A DNA stretch of 60,114 nucleotides from Bacteroidota bacterium (GTDB taxonomy: Bacteria; Bacteroidota; Bacteroidia; Chitinophagales; Saprospiraceae). A program made the position numbers and the translations under genes. Shown here piece after piece: positions 18,038 through 26,450 of this stretch (within the stretch, counting starts at the first letter, position 1; every line of letters begins with the position of its first letter). The stretch lies in NCBI GenBank assembly GCA_039024375.1, contig JBCCQK010000001.1, positions 1 through 60,114 of the forward strand, in the 5' to 3' direction. A model generated the notes under the pieces. It saw nothing but the letters and a program-made list of their open reading frames with translations. It was not told where the DNA came from and ran no database searches.

Positions 18038-18240
18038 TGCTGGATGCTGGTTTCTGGATGCTAGATACTAGTTTCTGGTTCCTAGACACTCGTAACTATG
18101 GTGCTGACACGATGACAAACATAAAATGAACCACTAGATTTCTATTGGTGTGCAGTCTCTAATGGGATTAAGTTTATCTAAGTCAGTACGGTCTGCACTA
18201 GTATCCAGAATCCAGTATCTAGAAACTAGCATCCAGCATC
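18035..18240. repeat. Palindromic intergenic element whose arms are 7-nt periodic (GATGCTG GATGCTG GTTTCTG GATGCTA GATACTA GTTTCTG ...)
   Basis: The left arm starts in the TGA stop of paralog 5. The right arm ...CCAGTATCTAGAAACTAGCATCCAGCATC ends 14 nt before the start of paralog 6. Confidence 0.7.
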
Positions 18241-18254
18241 AAAAACAAAAAATC

Positions 18255-20714
18255 ATGTTCCAAAATAACTTAAAACTAGCTTTTCGAAATTTACTAAAAA
18301 ACAAAACGCAATCGAGCATTTTGATTGTCGGATTGACCATTGGCATGGCGGCCTGTATGTTGTTACTGCAGTACGTCAATTTTGAGTTGAGTTTCGATGA
18401 TTTTCATCAAAAGCAATCGAACATTTATAGGATAGTCAACGAACGGATTCAGAACGGGGAGACGGTGCAAAAAGGAACCATTACCTATCCGACCATTGGG
18501 CCAACCATGCGAGAAGAATTTCCCGAGGTGAAAAACTTTACTCGAATGTATTATAGTTCGGATGTGATGATTGTGAGGGATAATGAAGTAGAACCCGTAG
18601 AACCAGGATTGTGGGTAGATGAGCATTTTTTCGAACTGTTTGATTTCAAAATACTGGCTAGCGAAGGGTTGCAATTACTCAACGAAACCAATCAGCTAGT
18701 ATTGACCCAAGACCTTGCCGACCGCTATTTTCCTGCCGCTAAAGGGAATTACGAAAAGGTAATTGGCCAAGAAATGCGGATTGACCGCGACCCCGACGTG
18801 TATAAAATTGTGGGCGTCTGCGAAAATGTACCCGCCAATTCCAGTATCCAATTTGAAATGTTGGGTAGCTACGCTTCCTGTATTCGCTACATGGGAGAAG
18901 GGGCGGATAACAGTTGGACGTTCTCGGATTTTTACCATTTTATCGAGCTAGCATCCGAAACGGATGTGGCTGCTTTGGAAGCAAAATTTACCGATTTTAG
19001 TGAACGCCATTTTCGGGGTACCGAAGTGTCGGGAAGTAAGGAAATATTTACGCTACAACCTTTCGCCGATGCGCATCTGTATTCGGCAGACTTGGAATAC
19101 GAAATTGGCCGAACAGCCAACGGACAAGCCGTTTGGTCTTTGCTCATCATTGCCTTTTTCATTTTGGTCATTGCTTGGATAAATTACGTCAATTTGAGTT
19201 CTGTTCGGGCCATTGAGCGGGCCAAGGAAGTGGGCGTTCGAAAAGTATTAGGCGCCAATCGAGGACAATTGATTCGACAATTTTTGGCGGAAGCCCTAGC
19301 GGTCAATACGTTTAGCCTACTTTTAGCGGTTGGGTTGGTGCAAATAGTGAGTCCATTTTTTGCAACGCATTTTGGATTATCCCCCGAAAATTTGAGTCTT
19401 TTCAGCAGCCAAAATGTAGGGAATTATTTGTGGTTGGCGCTATTTGGATTGATTGTTTTGGGGGTACTCGTTTCGGGGATTTATCCTGCGCTGTTGCTTT
19501 CTTCTTCCCAAATGACGAGTGTATTGAAAGGCGTGTTTGCTAAAAAAGCGGGCGGAGGCTATCTGCGAAAAGGACTCGTCGTTTTTCAGTTTACGATGTC
19601 CATTGCCTTGATTATTACTACGACTTTGGTGTCTAATCAAATCCAATACATGAGCCAACAAGATTTGGGCTTTGATGCTAGTCAAATCATGGTGGTGAAT
19701 TCCCCCGAAATGACGGGGTTTGATAGCACCTTTATTGATAAAATGGACGCCTTGAAAGCAGAATTAGCCAAATTTTCAACCATCAACAAAGCGGCTACTT
19801 CGGGTAGGGTACCGGGCGAACGGATGGGGCGTATTTTTGACCTACGAAAGTCCGCAGAGAAAAATACGGAACAAACCTACACCACGAATTTTATTTTTAC
19901 CGATTTTGAATTTGCGGAAACTTACGGCTTAACGCCTAAAGCGGGTCGTTTTTTTCGCCAACAAGACCATAACATTAACGGCAGTTTGATTGATAAAATC
20001 GTCATCAACGAAGCGATGGTTCGAATGCTCGGGTTTGCCACTAACGAAGCGGCCGTCCAAGAAAAATTATTTTTTAACAACCGAGATTATACTATCGTTG
20101 GCGTCTTACCCGATTTCCACCAACGGTCATTGCATCACCAAATTGAACCTATTCTTTTTGCACCTTTTTACAGCACTTTCAATGCTTTGTCGTTAAACAT
20201 TACGACGCAAAATATATCCGAAACGTTGTTGAATGTAAAGCAGACCTACGCCGAATTTTTCCCTGGTAACACTTTCGATTATTACTTTTTGGACGAATCT
20301 TTCCAACAACTGTACGAGTCCGAACAGCGCTTTGGAAGCATCCTATCTTTCTTTACGTTGTTAACGATTCTTATTGCTTGTTTGGGATTATTCGGCTTAG
20401 CGGCCTACACTACTTTTTTACGAACCAAAGAAATTGGCGTCCGAAAAGTATTGGGGGCTTCCGCTGTGAGTATCGTTGCTTTGTTGTCCAAAGACTTTTT
20501 ACGATTAGTGTTTATTGCATTGGTATTGGCTATCCCACTAGCTTGGTGGACGATGAATTACTGGTTGCAGGACTTCGCCTATCGAGTGGAGATGCAGTGG
20601 TGGGTGTTCGTGGTCGCAGGTGTTGGAGCCATTGGTATCGCTTTTTTGACCGTTAGCTATCAAAGTATCAAAGCAGCGGTGGCGAATCCGATTCAGAGTT
20701 TGAAAACGGAGTAA
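18255..20714 (+). CDS. Double-FtsX (MacB-like) ABC transporter permease, paralog 6
   Basis: Start chosen at the ATG at 18255 (MFQNNLKLAFRNLLKNK). AKEVGVRKVLGAN and RTKEIGVRKVLGAS motifs. The longer ORF from 18150 runs through the palindromic element. Confidence 0.85.
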   Translation: MFQNNLKLAFRNLLKNKTQSSILIVGLTIGMAACMLLLQYVNFELSFDDFHQKQSNIYRIVNERIQNGETVQKGTITYPTIGPTMREEFPEVKNFTRMYYSSDVMIVRDNEVEPVEPGLWVDEHFFELFDFKILASEGLQLLNETNQLVLTQDLADRYFPAAKGNYEKVIGQEMRIDRDPDVYKIVGVCENVPANSSIQFEMLGSYASCIRYMGEGADNSWTFSDFYHFIELASETDVAALEAKFTDFSERHFRGTEVSGSKEIFTLQPFADAHLYSADLEYEIGRTANGQAVWSLLIIAFFILVIAWINYVNLSSVRAIERAKEVGVRKVLGANRGQLIRQFLAEALAVNTFSLLLAVGLVQIVSPFFATHFGLSPENLSLFSSQNVGNYLWLALFGLIVLGVLVSGIYPALLLSSSQMTSVLKGVFAKKAGGGYLRKGLVVFQFTMSIALIITTTLVSNQIQYMSQQDLGFDASQIMVVNSPEMTGFDSTFIDKMDALKAELAKFSTINKAATSGRVPGERMGRIFDLRKSAEKNTEQTYTTNFIFTDFEFAETYGLTPKAGRFFRQQDHNINGSLIDKIVINEAMVRMLGFATNEAAVQEKLFFNNRDYTIVGVLPDFHQRSLHHQIEPILFAPFYSTFNALSLNITTQNISETLLNVKQTYAEFFPGNTFDYYFLDESFQQLYESEQRFGSILSFFTLLTILIACLGLFGLAAYTTFLRTKEIGVRKVLGASAVSIVALLSKDFLRLVFIALVLAIPLAWWTMNYWLQDFAYRVEMQWWVFVVAGVGAIGIAFLTVSYQSIKAAVANPIQSLKTE

Positions 20715-20836
20715 ATAGTATCAAGTTACCCACTAATTCGTGATTGCAATAACTGATTGGCCAAACGCAGGTGAGGCGCATCGCCCCACTTGTCGTTATA
20801 GCCGTAACCCTGATGGTAGCTAGCAGGCGAGTTTCC

Positions 20837-21316
20837 CTAATCGTTCAAATAAGCGGAATACATCCAAACCAATTTTTCTTGTTCTCTGATGTAATCGCTC
20901 ATTAGCGCATTCGTTCCTTCGTCATTTTTATCCTCCGATGATTCGAGTAATTCCCGCTCGATGGGTAGTAAAATTTCGTACCCTTTCAGAATGGCTTTAA
21001 TTGCTTTGGTGCCACTCGAAACGTTCTTAGCTTCTTTAACCTTAGCTACTTCTATGTAGTCAGTGTACGTGTGTAAAGGAATAAAGCCCAAAGTTAAAAT
21101 TCTTTCTGCTATTTCGTCAATTTTGAGCAGCGAGTCATCGTACAGTTCTTCAAACTTCAAGTGCAGTTCAAAAAATTTATCGCCCTTGATATTCCAATGG
21201 AATCCACGCGCGTTCATGTAGAAAATTTGATAATTCGCCAAAAGTTCGTTTAGCGTTTGGGCAAGTGATTCGGCGTCTTTTTTGTTAAGCCCGATTTTGT
21301 TAAGATTCTTTACCAT
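20837..21316 (-). CDS. dps: Dps-family DNA protection / ferritin-like protein
   Basis: LNELLANYQIFYMNARGFHWNIKGDKFFELHLKFEELYDD and IDEIAERILTLG are typical of Dps. Start chosen at the internal ATG (MVKNLNKIG) rather than the longest ORF start at 21361. Confidence 0.8.
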   Translation of the reverse strand: MVKNLNKIGLNKKDAESLAQTLNELLANYQIFYMNARGFHWNIKGDKFFELHLKFEELYDDSLLKIDEIAERILTLGFIPLHTYTDYIEVAKVKEAKNVSSGTKAIKAILKGYEILLPIERELLESSEDKNDEGTNALMSDYIREQEKLVWMYSAYLND

Positions 21317-21532
21317 GTCAATTTTTTTATGATTTATGATAGAAAAAGTCCTAACAGTCACAATAAGGATTTGGATGTCAATTTTTTGCTTTTTTTTGAA
21401 AATCGTTCCTCAAATCTATCAAGTTTATCTGCGTTCCCATCACGGATAAGAGGTTGAAAACGAGCATAATGCTAGCATTTTCTTTGTTTGGCCTAGTAGC
21501 CTACTTAGCATTTGAAAACCAGATAGATACCA

Positions 21533-22573
21533 TCAAGACGTCCACCAAGGAGTTGTCTGTTGGAGCGAAATATCGAATAGCTGCCCCAACTCTGGTAAAA
21601 CGTACTCGACATTATGGGCCTTGGCCGCTTCGACAAAAACTTCAGCGGGTTCTGACCAAGTGTGTTGATAGGAGAGTGCAAAACCTGCCCAGTGCACGGG
21701 CATTATCTTTTTTACCTTCGCATCGATGGCCGCCTGTACACTTTCGTCCGGAAATAAATGGACAGGACGCCAATCGTCGTTGTATTGCCCACATTCCATC
21801 AAACCAAAATCAAAAGGACCCAATCGTTCGCCAATGGTTTTGAAGTGTTGATTGTAGCCACCGTCGCCACTGAACCAGATATTCTCGGTCGCCGTTTTGA
21901 GTGCCCACCCACCCCACAGACATTTGAGTCGGTCCGTCAGCCCACGACCAGAAAAATGTTGGGTGGGGGTAAAAGTGATGGAAAGATTTCCCAAATCCTG
22001 CGAATCCCACCAGTCCATTTCAGTAATTGAGTCGGGGCGAACGCCCCAACTAACTAGGTGTCGTTTGACGCCCAAAGCAACGATGTACTGTTTAACTTTG
22101 CCTTTTAGTCGCTGGATGCTGGCATAGTCTAAATGGTCGTAATGGTCATGCGTCAATAACACGACGTCAATGGTAGGAAATTGCTCGATTAGACTTAGGG
22201 TATTCTCCGAGAATCGCTTGGTTACAATTGGCGCAATCGGTGTCGTGTCTGGCCCAAGCATGGGGTCAATGAGTACTGTCTTTCCACTAGCTCTTAGCAA
22301 GATGGCGGAATGGCCATACCAAATCATTTTCACTTGTTCGCTGGGAGCTAAAAAAGCCGCTTTGTCAAAAGGAACTACGGGAATCGGGGAATCGGGAATC
22401 TGCTTCTTTTTGTTGGTTAATTGTCGGTAGAGTACACCCGGAATTTTGGAAAAAGGCATATCTACTTCCACGTTTTCGATGTTTTGGAAGCGATTGTTTT
22501 GCCAATTGGAGGAGCGCTGGTAGGTAGCTAAATCTTGTTTCGTTATTTTGCCGCCGAATTGTTTGAAGAACAT
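21533..22573 (-). CDS. MBL-fold metallo-hydrolase
   Basis: HxHxDH motif in LLTHDHYDHLD. 346 aa. Confidence 0.75.
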   Translation of the reverse strand: MFFKQFGGKITKQDLATYQRSSNWQNNRFQNIENVEVDMPFSKIPGVLYRQLTNKKKQIPDSPIPVVPFDKAAFLAPSEQVKMIWYGHSAILLRASGKTVLIDPMLGPDTTPIAPIVTKRFSENTLSLIEQFPTIDVVLLTHDHYDHLDYASIQRLKGKVKQYIVALGVKRHLVSWGVRPDSITEMDWWDSQDLGNLSITFTPTQHFSGRGLTDRLKCLWGGWALKTATENIWFSGDGGYNQHFKTIGERLGPFDFGLMECGQYNDDWRPVHLFPDESVQAAIDAKVKKIMPVHWAGFALSYQHTWSEPAEVFVEAAKAHNVEYVLPELGQLFDISLQQTTPWWTS

Positions 22574-22593
22574 AAGAAGTTGTGTTATTACTA

Positions 22594-23319
22594 CTACTTT
22601 ATTATCTGATAGGTCGTTAAATAGGTTTTCGTAGCAACTATCAGATTATTGGACTCAAAGATAGTGCTTAATTTTTCCGTAACGTGTTGGTGTAAGTTGT
22701 TGACTTCGAAAATTTTAGCTATTTCCACATAACTACTTTGGACGGATAGTAGTAGATGAGCGATATTTTCGATAGCTATGGAGATATTGATAGACTGCTG
22801 AATTTCTTTTTGATGGATTAAATAGTTGGACGGCAAATCATCAAAATTCGCTTGGTGGTCGTAAGCAATAGCTGGTTCGGACAGTGTCACGCCGAGTGCC
22901 TTTAATACAAAATCTAGCGAAAGGTCAAAGTCGTATAAGACAACCACTGCTTCGTTTTGGCAAACCCTAATCACTTCATCAAGTAGTGCGGGGGATTTTG
23001 CATAAAAAAGAGAGCCTGCAAAGGTGATTACATCGAAGTGATGGTCTGGAAAATCAAAGGATAAGCCGTCGTAATGTTGGTAAGTTACTTTAGGATGAGG
23101 AATCGCTTGACTCAGCATTGCTCGACTTGGTTCTATGCCTATCACTTGCTCACAGAAAGAAGTTAAAGCAATGGCGGATTGCCCGACGCCACACCCGACG
23201 TCTAGTCCTAGACGATACGATTTTTCTCCTTTAAAATATTGGTTTAAAATAGTTTCGTGTAAGTTTGGACGGTAGGCTGCATAATGTTCCGCAGTAATTT
23301 GGTCGTATTCTTTGGACAT
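22594..23319 (-). CDS. Class I SAM-dependent methyltransferase
   Basis: Motif I LDVGCGVGQS. 241 aa. Confidence 0.75.
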   Translation of the reverse strand: MSKEYDQITAEHYAAYRPNLHETILNQYFKGEKSYRLGLDVGCGVGQSAIALTSFCEQVIGIEPSRAMLSQAIPHPKVTYQHYDGLSFDFPDHHFDVITFAGSLFYAKSPALLDEVIRVCQNEAVVVLYDFDLSLDFVLKALGVTLSEPAIAYDHQANFDDLPSNYLIHQKEIQQSINISIAIENIAHLLLSVQSSYVEIAKIFEVNNLHQHVTEKLSTIFESNNLIVATKTYLTTYQIIK

Positions 23320-23477
23320 AGTTGAGTTATATTTTAGAATAAAATTTAGGGCTGCACGAAGTTTACAAATTAGTTATGATAAAAAATAGTTACCTTTTTG
23401 AAAAAAATCTTCTCGTCTGTAATTTTTCCCTTCTTTCAGTTACTAACGTAAAAAATCTACTCATCAGCAACGATTGA

Positions 23478-23963
23478 ATGGCTACGAATAGCGAACAGGA
23501 ATTTATCGAACGGATTCAAAAACATTCGGGTATCATCCATAAAATTATCCACTTGTACGTGGATGATTTGGAAGACCAACGAGACTTGCACCAAGAAATC
23601 TTATTGCAAGCGTGGAAGTCGTTTGCCCAATTTCGGGGCGATGCCCGTTTCTCGACTTGGTTGTATAAAGTAAGTTTGAATACCGCCCTGACGTTTCAGC
23701 GAAAACAAACTCGACAAGCTAAATTAGCTGAAATATCCGAAACAATAGCGGAAGATAGTAGCGAACAGGCTGACCGTTCCGACTTGCTGTATCGCCTAGT
23801 GCGCCAACTGCATCAAGTGGACCGAATGATAATGACGTTACATTTGGAAGGGTATAAAAACGGGGAAATTGCAGAGATAACGGGACTCACCCTTAACCAC
23901 ATTAACGTAAAGTTGCATCGACTCAAAAACCAAATAATTAACCAGTTAGGGATGAGGAATTAA
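23478..23963 (+). CDS. ECF-type RNA polymerase sigma factor
   Basis: 161 aa. Region 2 (DLHQEILLQAWKSF, FSTWLYKVSLNTAL) and region 4 (LEGYKNGEIAEITGLTLNHINVKLHRLK). Confidence 0.8.
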   Translation: MATNSEQEFIERIQKHSGIIHKIIHLYVDDLEDQRDLHQEILLQAWKSFAQFRGDARFSTWLYKVSLNTALTFQRKQTRQAKLAEISETIAEDSSEQADRSDLLYRLVRQLHQVDRMIMTLHLEGYKNGEIAEITGLTLNHINVKLHRLKNQIINQLGMRN

Positions 23964-24098
23964 ATAAACTATGCAAAATGACGAGCCTATTTTTTCTTTT
24001 AGCAAGGCAAATTTTTTCAGCATAGCCGCAGCTACGTTGGCAAAATTTAACGTAGCTAAAAGGAAAAAGAGGCCGTCAGATGTGTAGGTTATTTATTT
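23961..24098. repeat. Palindromic repeat family B, copy 1 (core GCAAGGCAAA..TT...GCATAGCC.AGCTACG)
   Basis: Arms GACGAGCCTATTTTTTCTTTTAGC / GCTAAAAGGAAAAAGAGGCCGTC. The core is about 80% identical by eye to 34601-34762. Confidence 0.65.
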
Positions 24099-24122
24099 CG
24101 TCATCCCTTAAAAAAGCTTAGT

Positions 24123-24740
24123 ATGGATTTGCGCAAAGAATGGCAGCAGCTGCACCAAGAAAAATTTAATTATTCATCAATCAATAAAGAATCAATTATG
24201 AATGCGATTTATCAAGAATCTACTTCTACCGTTAGTAAGCTGAAATATCGTTTAAAAGGGAAATTATATTGGATTACCTTTTTTATCACGATTGGAGCTA
24301 TTTGGATGCTATTTAGCCTAGACACTCCGGACCTGCTGCTTATTCAAGGTGTTTTTCTCACGGCTTACCTGCTGGGAGGGATATTTATTGGACTCGAATA
24401 TCGTAAATTGGAAGTAGGGTTTGATTTGTCTGACCAGACATTACCATTCATGAAAAAACAAGCGCAAATTATGAAACGAGCCTTGCAGTTTGAAAAAATT
24501 TGGGGTTTGTTATTTTTTCCCATTGCGGCAGTGGGTGGCTTGGCGGTTGGTAATATTAGTAAAGGTATTGCTCTAAGTGAACTTTGGCGAGACCCTACAT
24601 TTTTACTGATTGCGTTGGGATGCGTAGCTATATTAGCCCCTTTGGGTGTCTGGCTAAGCGATAGACTAAATGATAAGTCTTTCGGAAAGTTACTAAAAGA
24701 GTTGCAGGATAATATTCGGAGAATGGAGGATATCTTGTAG
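24123..24740 (+). CDS. Multi-pass membrane protein, possible cognate anti-sigma or partner of the upstream ECF sigma
   Basis: 205 aa with several hydrophobic segments. The functional link rests on position downstream of the sigma gene only. Confidence 0.45.
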   Translation: MDLRKEWQQLHQEKFNYSSINKESIMNAIYQESTSTVSKLKYRLKGKLYWITFFITIGAIWMLFSLDTPDLLLIQGVFLTAYLLGGIFIGLEYRKLEVGFDLSDQTLPFMKKQAQIMKRALQFEKIWGLLFFPIAAVGGLAVGNISKGIALSELWRDPTFLLIALGCVAILAPLGVWLSDRLNDKSFGKLLKELQDNIRRMEDIL

Positions 24741-25354
24741 TGTTACAGAGGTTGGATTTGGGTGGACTTCTCTTAGGCTTCCATTGATAAGCGACTTCGA
24801 CAGTTGCTAAAAGTGGTTCTTTGATATTTTTTGCACAATCAAAAATCACGAAGTGATTAAACTTGAATAACTCCGTATGAAATGCGGAGATTTGGACTAA
24901 TCCAGACCTAACAATCCTAAAGGGATTGAACTTTTGCAAAATTGTCAAAAACTCCTAAAAGCTAACGGTAGGTTTTTTGTACCTTGATTCCACCCTCTTT
25001 TCTCCATTTATAGTGGTGTAAACTAATAATTCCGTCGTGGTGATTTTTTCTTGGGTAAAGCTCACCTCATTTTTAGAAATCGTTTATCTAACAAATACTT
25101 CGACAATTTGAACATTTATCTTTATCGCTTTTCTTATCCAGCAAAGATAAGCTATTCACTTAGCAGAGACCTAAAGAATAGAGGTTTTTACTAATTTCAT
25201 ACCAACGCTCAACTATTTAGAATAGATAAGGTTAACAAGGGGAGAAGTACTCATACTTATGCTGACTTTTTTTAAAAGACAGACCATACACCAAAAACCG
25301 TGTACTGTGTACCGAATAAAATTATTACCCTTCAGCTAACTTGATTTTGTAACC

Positions 25355-26395
25355 ATGCTTTTTGCCATCGGAACGAAAGTTCGACTCAAACACACGGGCG
25401 ACGAGGGAACCATCACAGAAATGCTGTCCGATGGAATGCTCAACGTATGGATTGAAGCGCAAGCGATGGAAATTCCCGTTTTTGAAGAGGATTTAGAAAG
25501 AGCGGAAGACTACGAAAACAAGCATTTAAAAGCAAAAATTATCCGTCCTAGTTCTAGTAAGAGCACTACAGTAACGACTCAAAAGCATGATTTACAACTA
25601 AGTGGACTCTCCGCTAACCAAGGGCTTTTACTAACGTTTATTCCTCGCTTAGACGAAGCAAGGTTTGTAAAAAAATATCAAGTCTATTTAATTAATGATA
25701 CGGCTTACGAATTTATCTTTAGTGCCAAAGTAAGCCTGCCTAACCTTTCTAGTCGAACCATTCATGGCAAATTAACCACTGGTGGCTCTTTCTTCCTACA
25801 AGATTTGTTATTTGACCAACTAAACGATGCGCCTACTTTTGAGATAGAAAGTTGGCCCGTGACAACTGCTGGAACGGGGAACAAACAACATAAAACGATA
25901 AAGGTAAAAGCGAAGCAGTTCTTCAAAAAATCGGTACACGTTTCCTTACTCGACCAAACGGCGCACGTTTACGTCCTAGTTGAAAAATTAGGGAAACCCA
26001 AAGCTAAAAAAGGCGAAGATTTAAAAACTTATACGCAGCAAAAAGTCCGCCCCGTTCGCTACCAACAATCTAATTATAAGCGCCATCGCCAACACGATGT
26101 AGAGGAGTTTGCCAATTTCTCGGGCGAAATCGACTTGCATATCGAAAATCTACCGAGTAGAAAAGGAAAGATGAATAACGCCGAAAAGCTACACTTGCAA
26201 CTAGACCATTTTGACCAGTTTATCGCCAAGGCGATTCGCTTGGGCGTACCGAGAATTTTCATCATTCACGGAATTGGAAAAGGTAAGTTACGAGATATTA
26301 TCGCTAGTCGGTTGATACGAATGCCCGAAGTCAAGACCTTTAAAAATGAATATCATCCTCGCTACGGGTGGGGGGCTACGGAAGTTATTTTTTAA
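25355..26395 (+). CDS. Smr domain-containing protein (MutS2 C-terminal-like nuclease domain)
   Basis: The C-terminus IDLHIENL...FIIHGIGKGKLRDIIASRL resembles the Smr signature. Confidence 0.65.
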   Translation: MLFAIGTKVRLKHTGDEGTITEMLSDGMLNVWIEAQAMEIPVFEEDLERAEDYENKHLKAKIIRPSSSKSTTVTTQKHDLQLSGLSANQGLLLTFIPRLDEARFVKKYQVYLINDTAYEFIFSAKVSLPNLSSRTIHGKLTTGGSFFLQDLLFDQLNDAPTFEIESWPVTTAGTGNKQHKTIKVKAKQFFKKSVHVSLLDQTAHVYVLVEKLGKPKAKKGEDLKTYTQQKVRPVRYQQSNYKRHRQHDVEEFANFSGEIDLHIENLPSRKGKMNNAEKLHLQLDHFDQFIAKAIRLGVPRIFIIHGIGKGKLRDIIASRLIRMPEVKTFKNEYHPRYGWGATEVIF

Positions 26396-26450
26396 TTTTG
26401 CTATTTCATCTAGCAGAAAACAGTTATTTTTGCTAGATGAAATAGCAAAA
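26396..26450 (+). terminator. Perfect 20-bp inverted repeat (TTTGCTATTTCATCTAGCAG / TTGCTAGATGAAATAGCAAA) between the Smr and ATPase genes
   Basis: The 3' arm ends at the A of the ATPase ATG (26450). It could act as a terminator and/or occlude the start region. Confidence 0.5.

Noticed and set aside
15602-18240. Short-period tandem repeats considered as possible CRISPR arrays
   Set aside because: The period is 7-10 nt with no unique spacers of ~30 nt. The arrays are under 60 nt long, and no cas genes occur in the window.
18150-18254. 35-aa N-terminal extension of permease paralog 6
   Set aside because: It runs through the right arm of the heptamer palindrome. The conserved paralog N-terminus begins at the ATG at 18255.
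5006-20656. Numerous 60-105-aa ORFs inside or antisense to the permease genes (e.g. 5006-5260, 10620-10871, 17023-17337, 18363-18674, 20378-20656)
   Set aside because: They are shadow ORFs fully embedded in long, motif-supported CDSs. They have no recognisable motifs and odd composition.
21454-22430. Plus-strand ORFs (129, 90, 76 and 86 aa) opposite the MBL hydrolase gene
   Set aside because: They are antisense to a CDS with a clear HxHxDH motif and have no features of their own.
24628-24948. 106-aa minus-strand ORF, considered as a possible transposase or nuclease remnant
   Set aside because: It overlaps the 3' end of the 24123-24740 CDS and has no catalytic motif I can recognise. I kept only the note that the region is unexplained.
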